64,000 nucleotides of DNA from Lingula anatina (Eukaryota; Animalia; Brachiopoda). Shown piece by piece: positions 14,101 to 26,900 of this stretch. The number at the start of each line of letters is the position of its first letter. Positions within the stretch are counted from its first letter, which is position 1. Where the stretch lies: contig CM120640.1 of assembly GCA_051362555.1 (NCBI GenBank), positions 14,880,001 to 14,944,000 of the forward strand, given 5' to 3'. The position numbers were made by a program, and so were the translations under genes. The notes under the pieces are model-generated. The model was not told the origin of the DNA. It did not search any database and was given only the letters and a program-made list of their open reading frames with translations.

Positions 14101-17100
14101 TTGTTGGTAACACTTTTCACCACCTGGGAAAGACAGTAAGCAGTAGTGCATAAGCTGGTTGCAATTGTTCATTTGATATGTGGCAGTGAAAATAGGTAAA
14201 ATGTGTGTTTTGTCGTTTGACAACTGTCAGGAATAAAGTGGTTTATTTTGATTGATATTTCAGTTCAGTTAGTTAACAGTAGGCCTATTTATTCAATTAA
14301 TTCAATATTGAAAATGTACCTGGACAGGGCAGATCACTGCAACCTTTTGTCTCGCGTAATTCGCCTCGACATGATTTGCCGCCATATTGAGGCTCTACAC
14401 ACGTGCGATTTCTCTCCTGTAAACCACCACCACACGTCACATTACATTCTGTCCATTCCGACCACTGAGTGAGGTGACCATCAACTGAAAACATGCGGGA
14501 TCATTGTTCATATCAGGGGTATGGTGTCTTTGAAACTTTTAATCTAAAACATTAACTTATCGTTATGTTCTAAACGGCAAGAAAAAGACGTTCCTCATAT
14601 AAATTTACCGTAAGTGTAAACAACCCCACACGTTCGAAAAGGCTAAAAAGTATTTTCTTATCTGGTTCACATCTGATCTCATACAACAAAACTGTTTAAA
14701 AGTTTAAAGAGGAAAAGCGATGGTAAAGATGCTATCATTGTATCGACAAATGGCTTCAACCTATTTTTAATATTAAGGTAGCTCTCTTATTTATTATTTA
14801 TTTTGCATTTTGCATTTCATATGATGATTTTAAAGGTCTACCTGGGCAGTTTTGGACATTGCACGATCTGTTTTCATGTAATTCGCCATGACAAGATTGG
14901 CCGCCATATTGAGGTTCTACACACGTGCGATTTCTCTCTTGTGAACCACCACCACACGTCACACTACATTCCGTCCATTCTAACCATTCAGTGAAGTAAC
15001 CATTCACTGAAAACGTACAGAAATAATGTAAGTAAAAATTAGTTTATCTATAAAACGTGCTTCTTTCTTTTCATGGAAGCTGGTACTTAAATAGTCAGAA
15101 ATTCGTTTTTAGTTTAATACTCTCAAAGTACGCTTTACAAATACCTGCATACACCGTATGCGTAAATCACAAATTGCGATGATACAGAGACAATTTGAAA
15201 ATACGATGGATAAGGGTTTTTAATAAGACACATAGGCACACAATTAATAAAGATGAGGCGCGGGGATGATAATAATAGTTGATTGCAATTTTCCTTTTAG
15301 ATTATTTATGCTAGTACACTTGCATGCCAGAGGTGCTGAAGATCATAGATCTAAGTGACCGATAAAGTCTAAAAGACTCGAACTAGAGAGAAAATTGCGA
15401 AAAGAACTAATCTACCTGGACAGTGTTGGCTATTGCAAGACTTGGATTCGTACAAGGTGCCATGGCAAGGTTGGCCACCATATTGAGGTTCTACACACGT
15501 GCGATTTCTCTCCTGTGAACCGCCACCACATGATACATTGCATTCCGTCCATTCTAACCACTCAGTGAAGAACCCATCAACTGAAAATGTATTTGCTAAA
15601 GATAAAATGCATGCTTGTGGATTTGAAATGCGTGCACACGATGCGTCAAATTGTGGTGCATTTGGAAACGCTACATGTACATTTGTTGGTTTATTTATCT
15701 TTTTACTGACAAAAAAAGAGCGAAATTCCAAACGGAAAAGCATACCCATGTTAAATAGGTAATATTTAAGATGTATACGCATTAACTTTTTCCCCAACGG
15801 ACGGACGGAATCAGTGTCCATAAGAGGGTATTGCAGTTTGCTTTTGATTATGCTTTTACAGAATTACTAAGGGCCGGAATACCCGCCTCCCCCAAACAAA
15901 CTCATGTCTACTACAACTTGATTCCCTTTCTCCCTGACAATTGTTACTAATGGTATTCCTTTTGTTAAAAGCAAACGCATAAAAACAAACTGTGGCGTAC
16001 CATAAAGCGGATTGAAATGCAGATATTAGAAGTTTGGGGTTTAAATATTTCAGAGCTGTATGAGGTGTAACCAACCTTTCGAAGACGCCCTTTCATCCCT
16101 TCCCTTTCCACTAGAATTAACTTGCCATGCATCTTATTATTAATTACTTTCAACGCAAAAGATCCATAAATTGACTGCTAATCAAGCATTATTTGTTATG
16201 CTTTCATGTAATGTACCTGGGCAATGTTGTTCGTTGCAAGATCTGTATTCGCGTAATTCGCTATGACAAGATTGGCCGCCGTATTGAGGTTCTACACACG
16301 TGCGATTTCTCTCCTGTGAACCGCCACCACACGTCGCATTGCATTCCTTCCATTCCGACCACTGAGTGAGGAACCCATCAACTGTAAGTATTAATTTACG
16401 TCTGAGCGTCTGCGCAGGCAGCATTTAGATATCGCTGCGTTTAAGACACTGCATTAGATACCACCCAAGGCCCGATCCTGCATTTTTTATTCTTTTTTCG
16501 CTTCTTGTCTATTTTTTTCTGTTTTCATTTAATTTAATATTTCATTTCTTTCTTTTTCTGTTAGCTGTTTGTGACATTAATTGTGACGTTTGTCATGTGA
16601 TTTTAGGTGTACATATCTGAAGTAAACTTATTTTAAAAAATACACCTGTGCTTTTGTGTATCTTCATAATCTTTTAAATATTAACAATGTCTTTATTGTG
16701 AGCATTATCTTTAAGAATTATTACGGTGATAAATTTTTTTTAAAAAAAGCTTATCCTTTATTTAAGTGTATTTTAAAAGTCTACCTGGGCAGTTTCGGAT
16801 ATTGCACGATCTGTTTTCATGTAATTCGCCATGACAAGATTGGCCGCCATATTGAGGTTCTACACACGTGCGATTTCTCTCCTGTGAACCACCACCACAC
16901 GCCACACTACATTCCGTCCATTCTAACCATTGAGTGAGGTAACCATCAACTGGAAAATATCAACGGGATCATTTGAGGGATTTTTGTGGCACAAAAAGAA
17001 GTTTAAAGCTTTTGATGCTTTACTAACGACATGAACTTATTAAAAAATTCTTATCGATCACATTCGATACTTCTTCAAGAAAATAATTCTTTTCACGTTG

Positions 17101-17889
17101 GATGATGCATTGTCTTTGAGGAGGCATTAATAATTGCTCAGGGGTTGTAATATGCTTTGTATTGAGCACAGAGTTTGAATCCACAAAAATCCCACTAACG
17201 GTCTCTTTGATTTTTAGGATTGTACTGTTTGTGCAGGGTATCAATTCGTTATTCGTCAGAGTAGGCTATTGGTCTACACATGTATCTAGAAATAAAGGCT
17301 CATGGAGTCTGTTTAACCATCGTGTCAAGACCATCAAAAAAGGCTGTGCAATGTGAAAAATATCCACTTAGTATTTTGAGTACAACAATCTACCAAAAGC
17401 ATATCAGACTAGATGTGTTTAATGTTAAATCCAGCGTGTATTGCAACCATTGGGCCCCACTGACTTTACCTGGGCAAGGTCGTGTATTACAGGGCTGCTC
17501 CTCTTCCCAAGGTCCCGTGCAGTTTCTGCCATTGTATCTAGGGCCGTCACATTCGCGGGATCGTCTCTGGCTACCACCACCACAGCTGGCACTACAAATG
17601 CTCCAGGTAGACCAGTCCATGAAAACACCGTCCTCTGTGGTAAAGAAAAAGAGGCTGTCATTCTATGACAGAAAAAGAGCGTGGATAACCCAGACAAAAT
17701 TAAGGACGACCTGAATTTTGAGCAAATCAGATATTTTTCGCGCTCAATTTTTTCAAATGGACAAAAATAGAATCGGTATTAGTTTGATTTGTGCCAATAT
17801 TTTGCGACCCCAAACTTAATGCTGTAGTTCTGCTCTTAGACTGCATAAATACTGTTGATTTGATTTGTTGATTCTAACACACACACACA

Positions 17890-17959
<70 letters not shown>

Positions 17960-20900
17960 TTTACCCGGACAAGGATCTACATTGCAGTCTCTTCTTTCTT
18001 GTGACTCTCCCTCACAGAGTCCGATTGTAGCGTCACAGTTCCGGTACCGGATTTGATATCCCCCGTTACACATGGCGTCACAGGAGCCCCAAGTTGACCA
18101 AATTGTCCACATCCCTGGCGCTGTGAGTAGTAAGTTCAGAATTTGTTAATCAATTAATGGAACCATTCTACAGCCGGATGTATATTTTGAAGCATATAGT
18201 CTAGTATTTACCGGTATGTATGTACCGGTATGTATGTATGTATGTATGTATGTATGTATTTTTTATATAAAAATGAAAAAAAATTAATGTGCAGTGAAGT
18301 ATGCGCAGTATAAATGATGTAATAGGAAATGATGTTGTGGACATTATTAATACAAAAACCGATCCTTTTCACATAATTAAAAATGATAAATTGTTTTATT
18401 ATATCCTGCTCTTCGGACTCTATCCCTTTTATTCTCGTCTTTAATTTTTGCAACGGCCTTTGTAGAACATGAATGTCTTGGATTTAAGTTACCGGTACAG
18501 AGATAATTTTCATGAAAGGATCTATATATGAAATTGTTTTGAAAAATTTCCGCTGAATTTTTGCAGATTCATTTTACATTTTACCCCATGTTTTACCCTA
18601 CCTGGGCAGGGCATTTCATTGCAATCACGAATTTCCTCGTCCAACCCTTCACAGTCACGTCCGCCATGTTGACCTGGAATGCAGCGACGCCTGCGTCTCT
18701 GTTTCCCTCCACCGCAGGTCAAGTCACACCCTTGCCACTCCCCCCAATGTTCCCACACTCCATCCACTGAAAAAAAGAGCATCTGAACAGTATATCACTT
18801 CACAAATCTATGAAGATATTTAAAATCAATTCCCGTTGCAATGCAATTTCAATTAACAATCGTAATATCCATTAACTATTTTCCGGAATCTGATTTTTAC
18901 CTTTGATTACTACCGAATATTAAATAACACACAAAGCAGGAGAAGCACATGCTTTAAGAACCAATTATTAATTCGCCAGCTCTAATTACCAAATATTTCA
19001 TAACATTCAAAGCAGGAGAAGCTCATAGTTAAAGAACCAGTAATAAGTGAAATAATTAAAAAAAAAAGAAAAATACGGTGCGTACTGTCTTTTTCAGAGG
19101 ACTGACATAATCAGTGGGAATAAGGCATGAAGTTTAAAGCAGTGCAGTTGATAAAATGGAAGTCCATGCAGAGTCCAGAGGAACACCACAGCGAGGACAT
19201 ACAATTGAAGAGTCGGCTTATTCAGCAAGAGATTGGAGAGAAGTAAGCAAATATCCGCATGTACTGTATGCGGAGTCAAAGAAGCACAACCATCTTGACC
19301 CCCTGTTCCTCTTTCGGCATCTGCAACAGATAAAGCCATTCCTTAAGAGGCAAGGTTGGAGAGCAAACTTGAGAATAAGAAAATGAAGTCATGGCGTCCA
19401 GTTGACGTCTACCTGGACATGGGTTCAACCCACAGTCCCTAATTTCTGTGGAGTTGCCATGGCAATGTATTCCACCAAACAGAGGCTGAGAGCATGCTCG
19501 CTCTCTGGTTTGATTCCCGCCTCCACAGGTGGCGCTGCATTCTGACCATTTGGACCAACTTGTCCATTCGCCATCGACTGGAAACAAACGGTTTCACTAA
19601 AATAACTGCCTTTCACTGAACATGTTAATATGGTGAAATCTTAAGTATTTTGCCCGAGAATGATGAAAAGGTGTCTGTCATGAACGAGAGCCAGAGATCA
19701 TCTTTTAAGGCTAAATTGCACATACCATTCACACACCCAGACTTCCGAAATTAATACAACAGCATTCATTCTCAATAAACGCCTTTTTCTGCTTCCAACG
19801 AAGAAGACATCAGACACCATGTATTTTCACCTGGACACTGATGAGTGGAGCAGTTTCGTTCTTCCTGTGCTTTTCCAATACATTCCGCACCGCCGTACCT
19901 CGGTGGAGTGCAGTTTCTGTAGCGTGACTGCAATCCACCGCCACAAGAGACGCTACAGTTTGTCCATGCGGACCATTTCTCCCAGTAACCATTTACTGTG
20001 AGGGATGAAATGCAAAAATAGTTATACATTCACTATCATTGATTATTAGACGGAACTTCACGGAAGCTGCCTTGACCGAGCACTCATCTATGCATATCGT
20101 TGTCTTCCTTTTTTTATTTTCATCTCAGTCGCCCACAATTCTAATTTTTGAACAGTATTTCAACTGCGGACAGTTTGAAATAACACCTCTTTGTAGCCGT
20201 GAATAGTATTGAGAATGTTTTTATAACATTAACTTATACAAGACATTTAGTATAGGCAAAGGTGGTTATTTGATTGTGAGGGACACTCCACCAAAATGAA
20301 TTCAGCACGTTTTAGGATACTTACAAGCCAAATGTCAACTTCACCTTTTTTTATCTAAAACAATGCGTGACACCGTGTGTTTCCTAGATAACATTAAGAT
20401 TTTTGCTGTGTCAAAGGGAATTTTATTTGCAACTTTTGTCATTAAAAAACATTGCACGTGATTCAAATGCCAACGTTTCCCCTTTTGTTTTGTTTTGTTT
20501 TCGATTCAAACCAAGACGATATTATACACCATGTATTTTCACCTGGACATGGCTGAGTTGAGCAGTTGCGTTCTTCCTGTGCTTTTCCAATACATTCCGC
20601 ACCGCCGTACCTCGGTGGAGTGCAGTTTCTGTGGCGTGACTGAAATCCACCGCCACACGAGACGCTACAGTTTGTCCAAGCGGCCCATTGCTCCCAGTAA
20701 CCGTTTACTGTTAGGGTTTGCATGCAAAAATGGTAAATATTCGCTATCATTGATTATAAAATCATTAGATGGTACTTCACGGAAGCTGTTCTGACCGGGC
20801 ACCCATGCATATTTAAGTCAAAATTAGACTTCTGCTGACATAAAATAACCACACATTTTATTTTGAATAAAAATTTAAAAAACAATCAAAAATCAAAGAA

Positions 20901-23900
20901 AATGAGTCTGGACAGACGCCCTGAAAAGATAACAAGTACAAGTTTTTGCACCCCCCCCCCCCCCTCCCTTCACAGCTTAGAAAAAATGACAATTTAATAT
21001 TAATAAAATCACATTTTACCTGCACAAGGTTCGGCATTGCATTGTCTGCTCTCTGCCTCCTCTCCTTCGCACTGCCGCCCGCCATGCAGGGGAGGTTCGC
21101 AGGACCTGGCGCGCCGTTGGGACCCGCCCCCACAGGTGTGAGTACACTTGTCCCACTCCGTCCACGGCAACCAGTAACCGTCAACTGTTCGAGAGGAGGT
21201 TGGCCATGACGTAAAAGCACTTATCATATTTTATAGTGTTGCAAAGTTAGGCCTACGACCATTGCAAGGGCCATTGGGTTGTCAGTTGAAGGAGAAGTAA
21301 AAGTATCAAAGTAAAAAGTGCCACATATAGGCTTTCTAACCACTGGTACATTTATCTAGTGTTGGGTATAAAGCTGGTTTGGTTATTGGGGTGTGTAGAA
21401 CAAAATGTTTAGCTTTCGTGAGGGATAAAGGGTGACGCCTAAAAGTAAATGGGATTTGATAAAGAAACTGCAAAGGTCGACGTGAAGCATGTTTGAAATC
21501 AAACAGTTCTGGAAGTTCTACCACACAAAACCCTTAACCATGAGGTGAGCATTCAGCAATGACTACACGTATGTATATGCACGTCCACGATACTGGTTAT
21601 CATCTTTGAAAGTCTGTCAATATTCCTGTGTGTTGAATTACAATTAATGGGGGTGATCTCATGTGTAAGGGGATAGATATTGTCTTATTATAACAAACAA
21701 TTGTGTGTTTCCAAACATTCCTGTGTATTTAAAACTTTTTAATTCTTGGCCGAAACTGACACTCAAGCAGCCCTTAAATCTGGGACACAGACATACATGT
21801 ACAGTCTGTTTTCCAGCTGAAAAGAAAGCTCTCAGAATAGTATTGTCACGTTTTGGGTCATCTCAGGGATCATATACGGCACACACACTAGAGAAATACA
21901 CAAATTGTTCTTCGTCGCAAATTTTGATGGGTCAACAAAAACGGGCTATTGTACGTTACCATCATTTCTGTTTTCAACTTCAGTACAAAGCATGAATCTC
22001 CCAAACACGCGAACTATACAAATCGTTCAATTTCGGGATTTAAATACCTGAAATACACGCTGCTTTTCATAAAACAACAAACCGAAGGAAACCGTGTCAT
22101 TTGAGCGGGAAATCACAAATGTTATGACCCATTCCTGTTTCGATTCCTTCAGAAACCAGCGACAGCGAAACCACAGCTGGCGTGTAGTTTCATTTCCCCA
22201 TAACATAACGTAAATAGTGGAGAACTCCAATGATGGCGTAATGACCCGGTCACATGAATATTAAACGAGAATAATTAAATTAGCTATATCCGGTTCCCAC
22301 TTTTTGGCGTGTAACTCACGAAAAACGATTTCATGTCATCGCTGTTTAACTGCCGATTCAAGTTAAGTGTACTCTTTATGATACTTTTTATGTGTTAAAT
22401 GTTACATTTTCAAAATTTTATGAATATAAAGCAAAATACAATGCATGTTCTAAGCGAAAAGGTTGTGCACAAGAGATGATTTCATGTCAACGCTGTTTAA
22501 CCGCCGATTTAGGATCGCAGCGTGCTTTCCCATCTTCAGGCCTACCCAACTACCAAACTCGGCACCGAATGATCCCGAATTCACCGGTGGATCGGACCCC
22601 ACTACCCGTTTTCAAGGTGTGCGTCAGTACGCATTTCACAGTATCATGCCCCGAACAAATTTTGAGAGGTGATGCAATACTTTCCAACCCCGTACTCTTT
22701 CCTGATAATTTTTAAATGGGCTTAATGTTACATTTTCTAAAATTTATGAATATAAAGCAAAATACGATGCATATTCTAAGCGGAAAACGTGCTCACAAGA
22801 TCGTCGCCATGTTGAAATTTTGATGCCCATGTCCCGATGTTTTTACCCAGTATCGTGGACGTGCAGATATAGATAATATAAAGTAATTCTAGGTCGGAAA
22901 AGTGCATTGTGTTATTTTCATCATTATAAAAATTCCCATTCCCATGCAGTTTTGTGAATATCTCTCTCTTGGCTTATCTCTGGATTTTCTTATTTTCCGG
23001 AAAATTCATTCAAATCAGATCTTACCTGGACAAGACTGAGGATTACATGATCGCAATTCTGTGACGTCACCAATGCAGAGGGCGCCACCGTGCTGAGGTT
23101 CTTTGCACTCACGAGAGCGTACTTGACTCCCGTTCCCACAGGTGACATTGCATGGTTCCCAAGAATTCCATGACATCCACTCGCCATCCACTAATGAACG
23201 TACATTAAGGTATTTTAGCTTAATTGAATTCAATTGATCTAATGTCGATTGCATTTGTAGGTTTATAACGTCAAATGGCGGCAAAAAAACTTTCACTAAA
23301 AATACTTTAGCCCTTGATGGACGGACAGTATACCTCAAAGAGAAATCAAAAAGCAAGTGGATACCGATAAATAGATTCTTTCTGCAACAAAAGGTCACAG
23401 CAAATTTTATTTGTATCATGACTGTGCCTCTTATTTCTCAGTTGAAAATTATATACATGTACATGTTTTATTAAACGTTACCTGGGCAAGGGGCGGCACT
23501 GCAGTTTCCAGTTTCCGAGTCCGGTCCTTCACAGGGGTAACCGTCAAAAAAAGGCCCGTAGCATGAGCGTGTGCGATTTCTGCTCCCGCCACCGCAACTG
23601 ACGCTACACTCGCTCCATGATTCCCACTCATGCCACGTGCCATTCACTAAAACCAATTACTTGTCGTACTTATAAAATGATCCAGATATTTAATACCTCT
23701 TTTAGAAGAATAATTCTTTTAGCAACTCAAGGGTATACACTGTAGTATATGGGATTTTCGCTCAAATAATTTTCTTCGAGAAATATTCTCCTAGTGAATT
23801 ATTGCATGACCTGTCTTTGCTCTTAGATTTGATATTTTGTGCCATTTTTTTATAAAATCACTTCATTCAAAACGAAAAATGATTAATTTAAACAGTCCTG

Positions 23901-26900
23901 ATCATAGCAACATTTGTGAAGGAAGTATCAACATTAAGTGCATTACGGACCCTATTTTTTCTCCACTTTGATAATTACAGTTTTCTGACGGAAGCTTTAA
24001 AATGGGCTGTGCACTTATTTAACAAATGAGGTATTGTTTTGGGTGAGCATCGATACATGTGTTTGTAAAAGCACAGTCAAGAACTAAGTGACTAGGGGTG
24101 ACACTAAGTGAAGGTCGCATTCAGAACCAGCTGATCCGCAGACTAACTAGACCGATGCTCAAAAATGGCAGGCACTTGACAATGGATTCCTGCCTCCCAC
24201 GCGCGCCATCCCAACAAGGACAGAGTGAATTAAATTTGGACACGCGCCATCAGTTAGTCAGTGGATCAATTGGTTGTGAATGCTCTCTTAGTTAACCAAT
24301 ATGGCCACGTTCCCAGGAAAATTGGCGTCACCAGAAGATCGTTTTTTAAAGAACGCATGCTTCAACAGTTTACCTCATAACGTATCCGTGTACTCTAATT
24401 GGCTAAACTGTATCACCGAGCGTTACATATTTTGTCGTTCGGTCATATTCACCAATGCTAACTTAAACACGGAATATCAGTAAAATGGAACGGTAAAATT
24501 TGGTGTGTTAAAAACACTTTATTATAATTCAGAATACAGGCATTATTAAATAGTATTTATGTAGAATCTATTATATGTAATATTTATTTCAAGGAGCGGC
24601 ATTGTCACGTGAAGAGATGTCATTGAAATATTGGATTGTTTGCATCACTGACTTATGAAGTCATCATGTGTGATATCCGGAACGGTGGGGAGACAGGCAG
24701 ATTCGTGGTTTGTTGTTCAGCAACTACTAGTACATGTATGTAATTTACCTTGCCACTCTCTGTCTACGATATGTTAATAGATAACTCGGCTTACTATAAT
24801 AAATGGACAGCGTTGCCTCCGGATTTGGCCATATTGCCCTCTCAACCAGTGATCATTTGTATGATATTTTACGGCGCGCTGTTTATCCCTACACAATCTA
24901 TTCTTCGGTCTGGTGACGTCGGTTAACTTTCTGGCTAAATCAATTACGATGCAAACATGGCCATGTTACGCTGTTACATTTACAACAACAACGACAGTTG
25001 TAAAAGAAAATAATAATCCTTCTATGTTTTTATGATTCTGTGTTATTCTACAAGCAGCAGAGACGAAGATTGTGATCAAACTATTGGTCACTTATACATG
25101 TATGTGACCAATAGCCAAAAGCACGTAAACAAAGATACAACACAGTTACAACAAACGTTCAAAGGTGGTATGCTCTACCATATGCTTTATGCAAATATGT
25201 TTTAACATATTAAACCATCTTCATACTCAATACTAAGATAAATGTAATCAAGAAGGTATCAGACAGGTTGAGGGGTCCTTTTTCAAATTAGTATCTCGCC
25301 CCTACCTAAAAGGTATTGCATTCTTGACATAAGTCAAAAGTGCTCCATTTTTTTGGGAAAAATTTCCCGCGGGACGGGGAACTCTTTTTTCATTCTTGAC
25401 ACCTTGGACCCGTAATTAAATGTGATTAACATCAAAATGATGAAAAATATTATATTTCATTTCTTTTCTTTAATAAATACTATCAGTTATCTTTGAAACC
25501 AATTATCTATCCTCTGTCTTTCCATTTTCATGGCATTCCCTATAGGAATCGCGCCTTAAAGAATAATGGATTTCTTTAAAAATGCTGTATCTTTCACCGT
25601 GAAATATAACTTGCAATTCATATACTAGGTTACGTACCTCCACATTCTTGTATGTTGCAAAAACTGGCCTCCATAGATACTCCGACACACTCTGCGCCGC
25701 CATGTAACGGAACCCTGCAATCTCTGGTCCGCGTTTTCGTCCCGTTCCCGCAGGGTTTTGTACACCGAGACCACTCCGACCAAAGTTGCCATGCTCCATT
25801 GACTAAAATTTACAAGTAGTTGTAGTACATAAATATTCAGCTTTGATCGTAATACAATTAAAAGTTAACTTCCTGGGATTTACCCACTAAATGGATTTTC
25901 CCAGGGAAAAAGGCAGTTTTCTCGTACTCAAAAAACATTTATCTATCCCTCTCTGCACTTGAATTCGACCTTGAATTGAATTTATGAATGTTGATTAAGT
26001 TTAAAATGACTTGCCAGTCATTATAACCGGCGACCATCTTCCTCAGCTCCGATTGAAATAACATTATCAGATACGCCCTTCACAAAATTCTAGAAAAGGG
26101 GTTAAATTGTTTTTAATGTGCATGTTTGGTTTTTTAAGAAGCTGTGAATGATAAAAACAAGCACTTGGAAAGTTTTTAAACAAAACAAAAAAAAAAAAAA
26201 AAAAAAAGAAAGAAAGAAAGAAAAAAAACGCGCTTTCTTTCCTTCAGACTTAAGTAAATAAGAGAAATAAGAATTATAACAGGTTGTCAATACCTGGGCA
26301 TGGTTGCGTGTTACAGAGTTCGGTCTCTGCATCTGGGCCTGCGCAGTCGTTTCCACCATACAGAGGCTCATCGCAAGTCCTGTGCCTGGTGCGACTTCCT
26401 GTTCCGCATGACTTTGAGCAGTTTGTCCAAACGCTCCACTCTCTCCACATTCCTTCAACTGAAACAGGTCGTGACTAATTCGCCATTTCACACAACAAAT
26501 AGCTACGTGATTAAATGAAATGCGCATTAAGCGTCCCAAGGGCAACGTGTATATTTCCTTTTTTGTGTAACTCGGTGCAATTCTGCTCGCTTTTGATTTA
26601 ATACAATTAATTGGTTTAATATAGTTGAGAAGAATCATATTTTTGTTTTCTTTAAAAACGACAAACAACCGAAATAATTAAAAAATTAAAAAGTAATTTG
26701 CTGCCCTTTGGATTCTCATATAAACAGTATATGTTATCGCCTAACGAATACGCATCATAGTTGCAGGTGAGGTAGGTGTTGGTGACATTGTGTTAGGGTT
26801 AGTGTTTTATTACTAAGCAAGCGACCTGAGAGATTAGACCTTCTTCCATATCCAAATCAAAATAGCCCCACAATAATAATCGACAAATAAGAGACATCTA

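Noticed and set aside
18933-19042. Short imperfect direct repeats (also at about 11952-12050, 59573-59675 and 10041-10067)
   Set aside because: Ordinary local duplications with no further structure.
14320-20707. Regularly spaced near-identical repeats resembling a CRISPR or satellite array
   Set aside because: They are 165-nt coding exons with splice sites in a eukaryotic gene.
14248-21209. Repeated plus-strand ORFs (ICRHIEVLHTCDFS..., LPVLFQYIPHRRTSVECSFC)
   Set aside because: Antisense shadows of the duplicated TSP1 exons.
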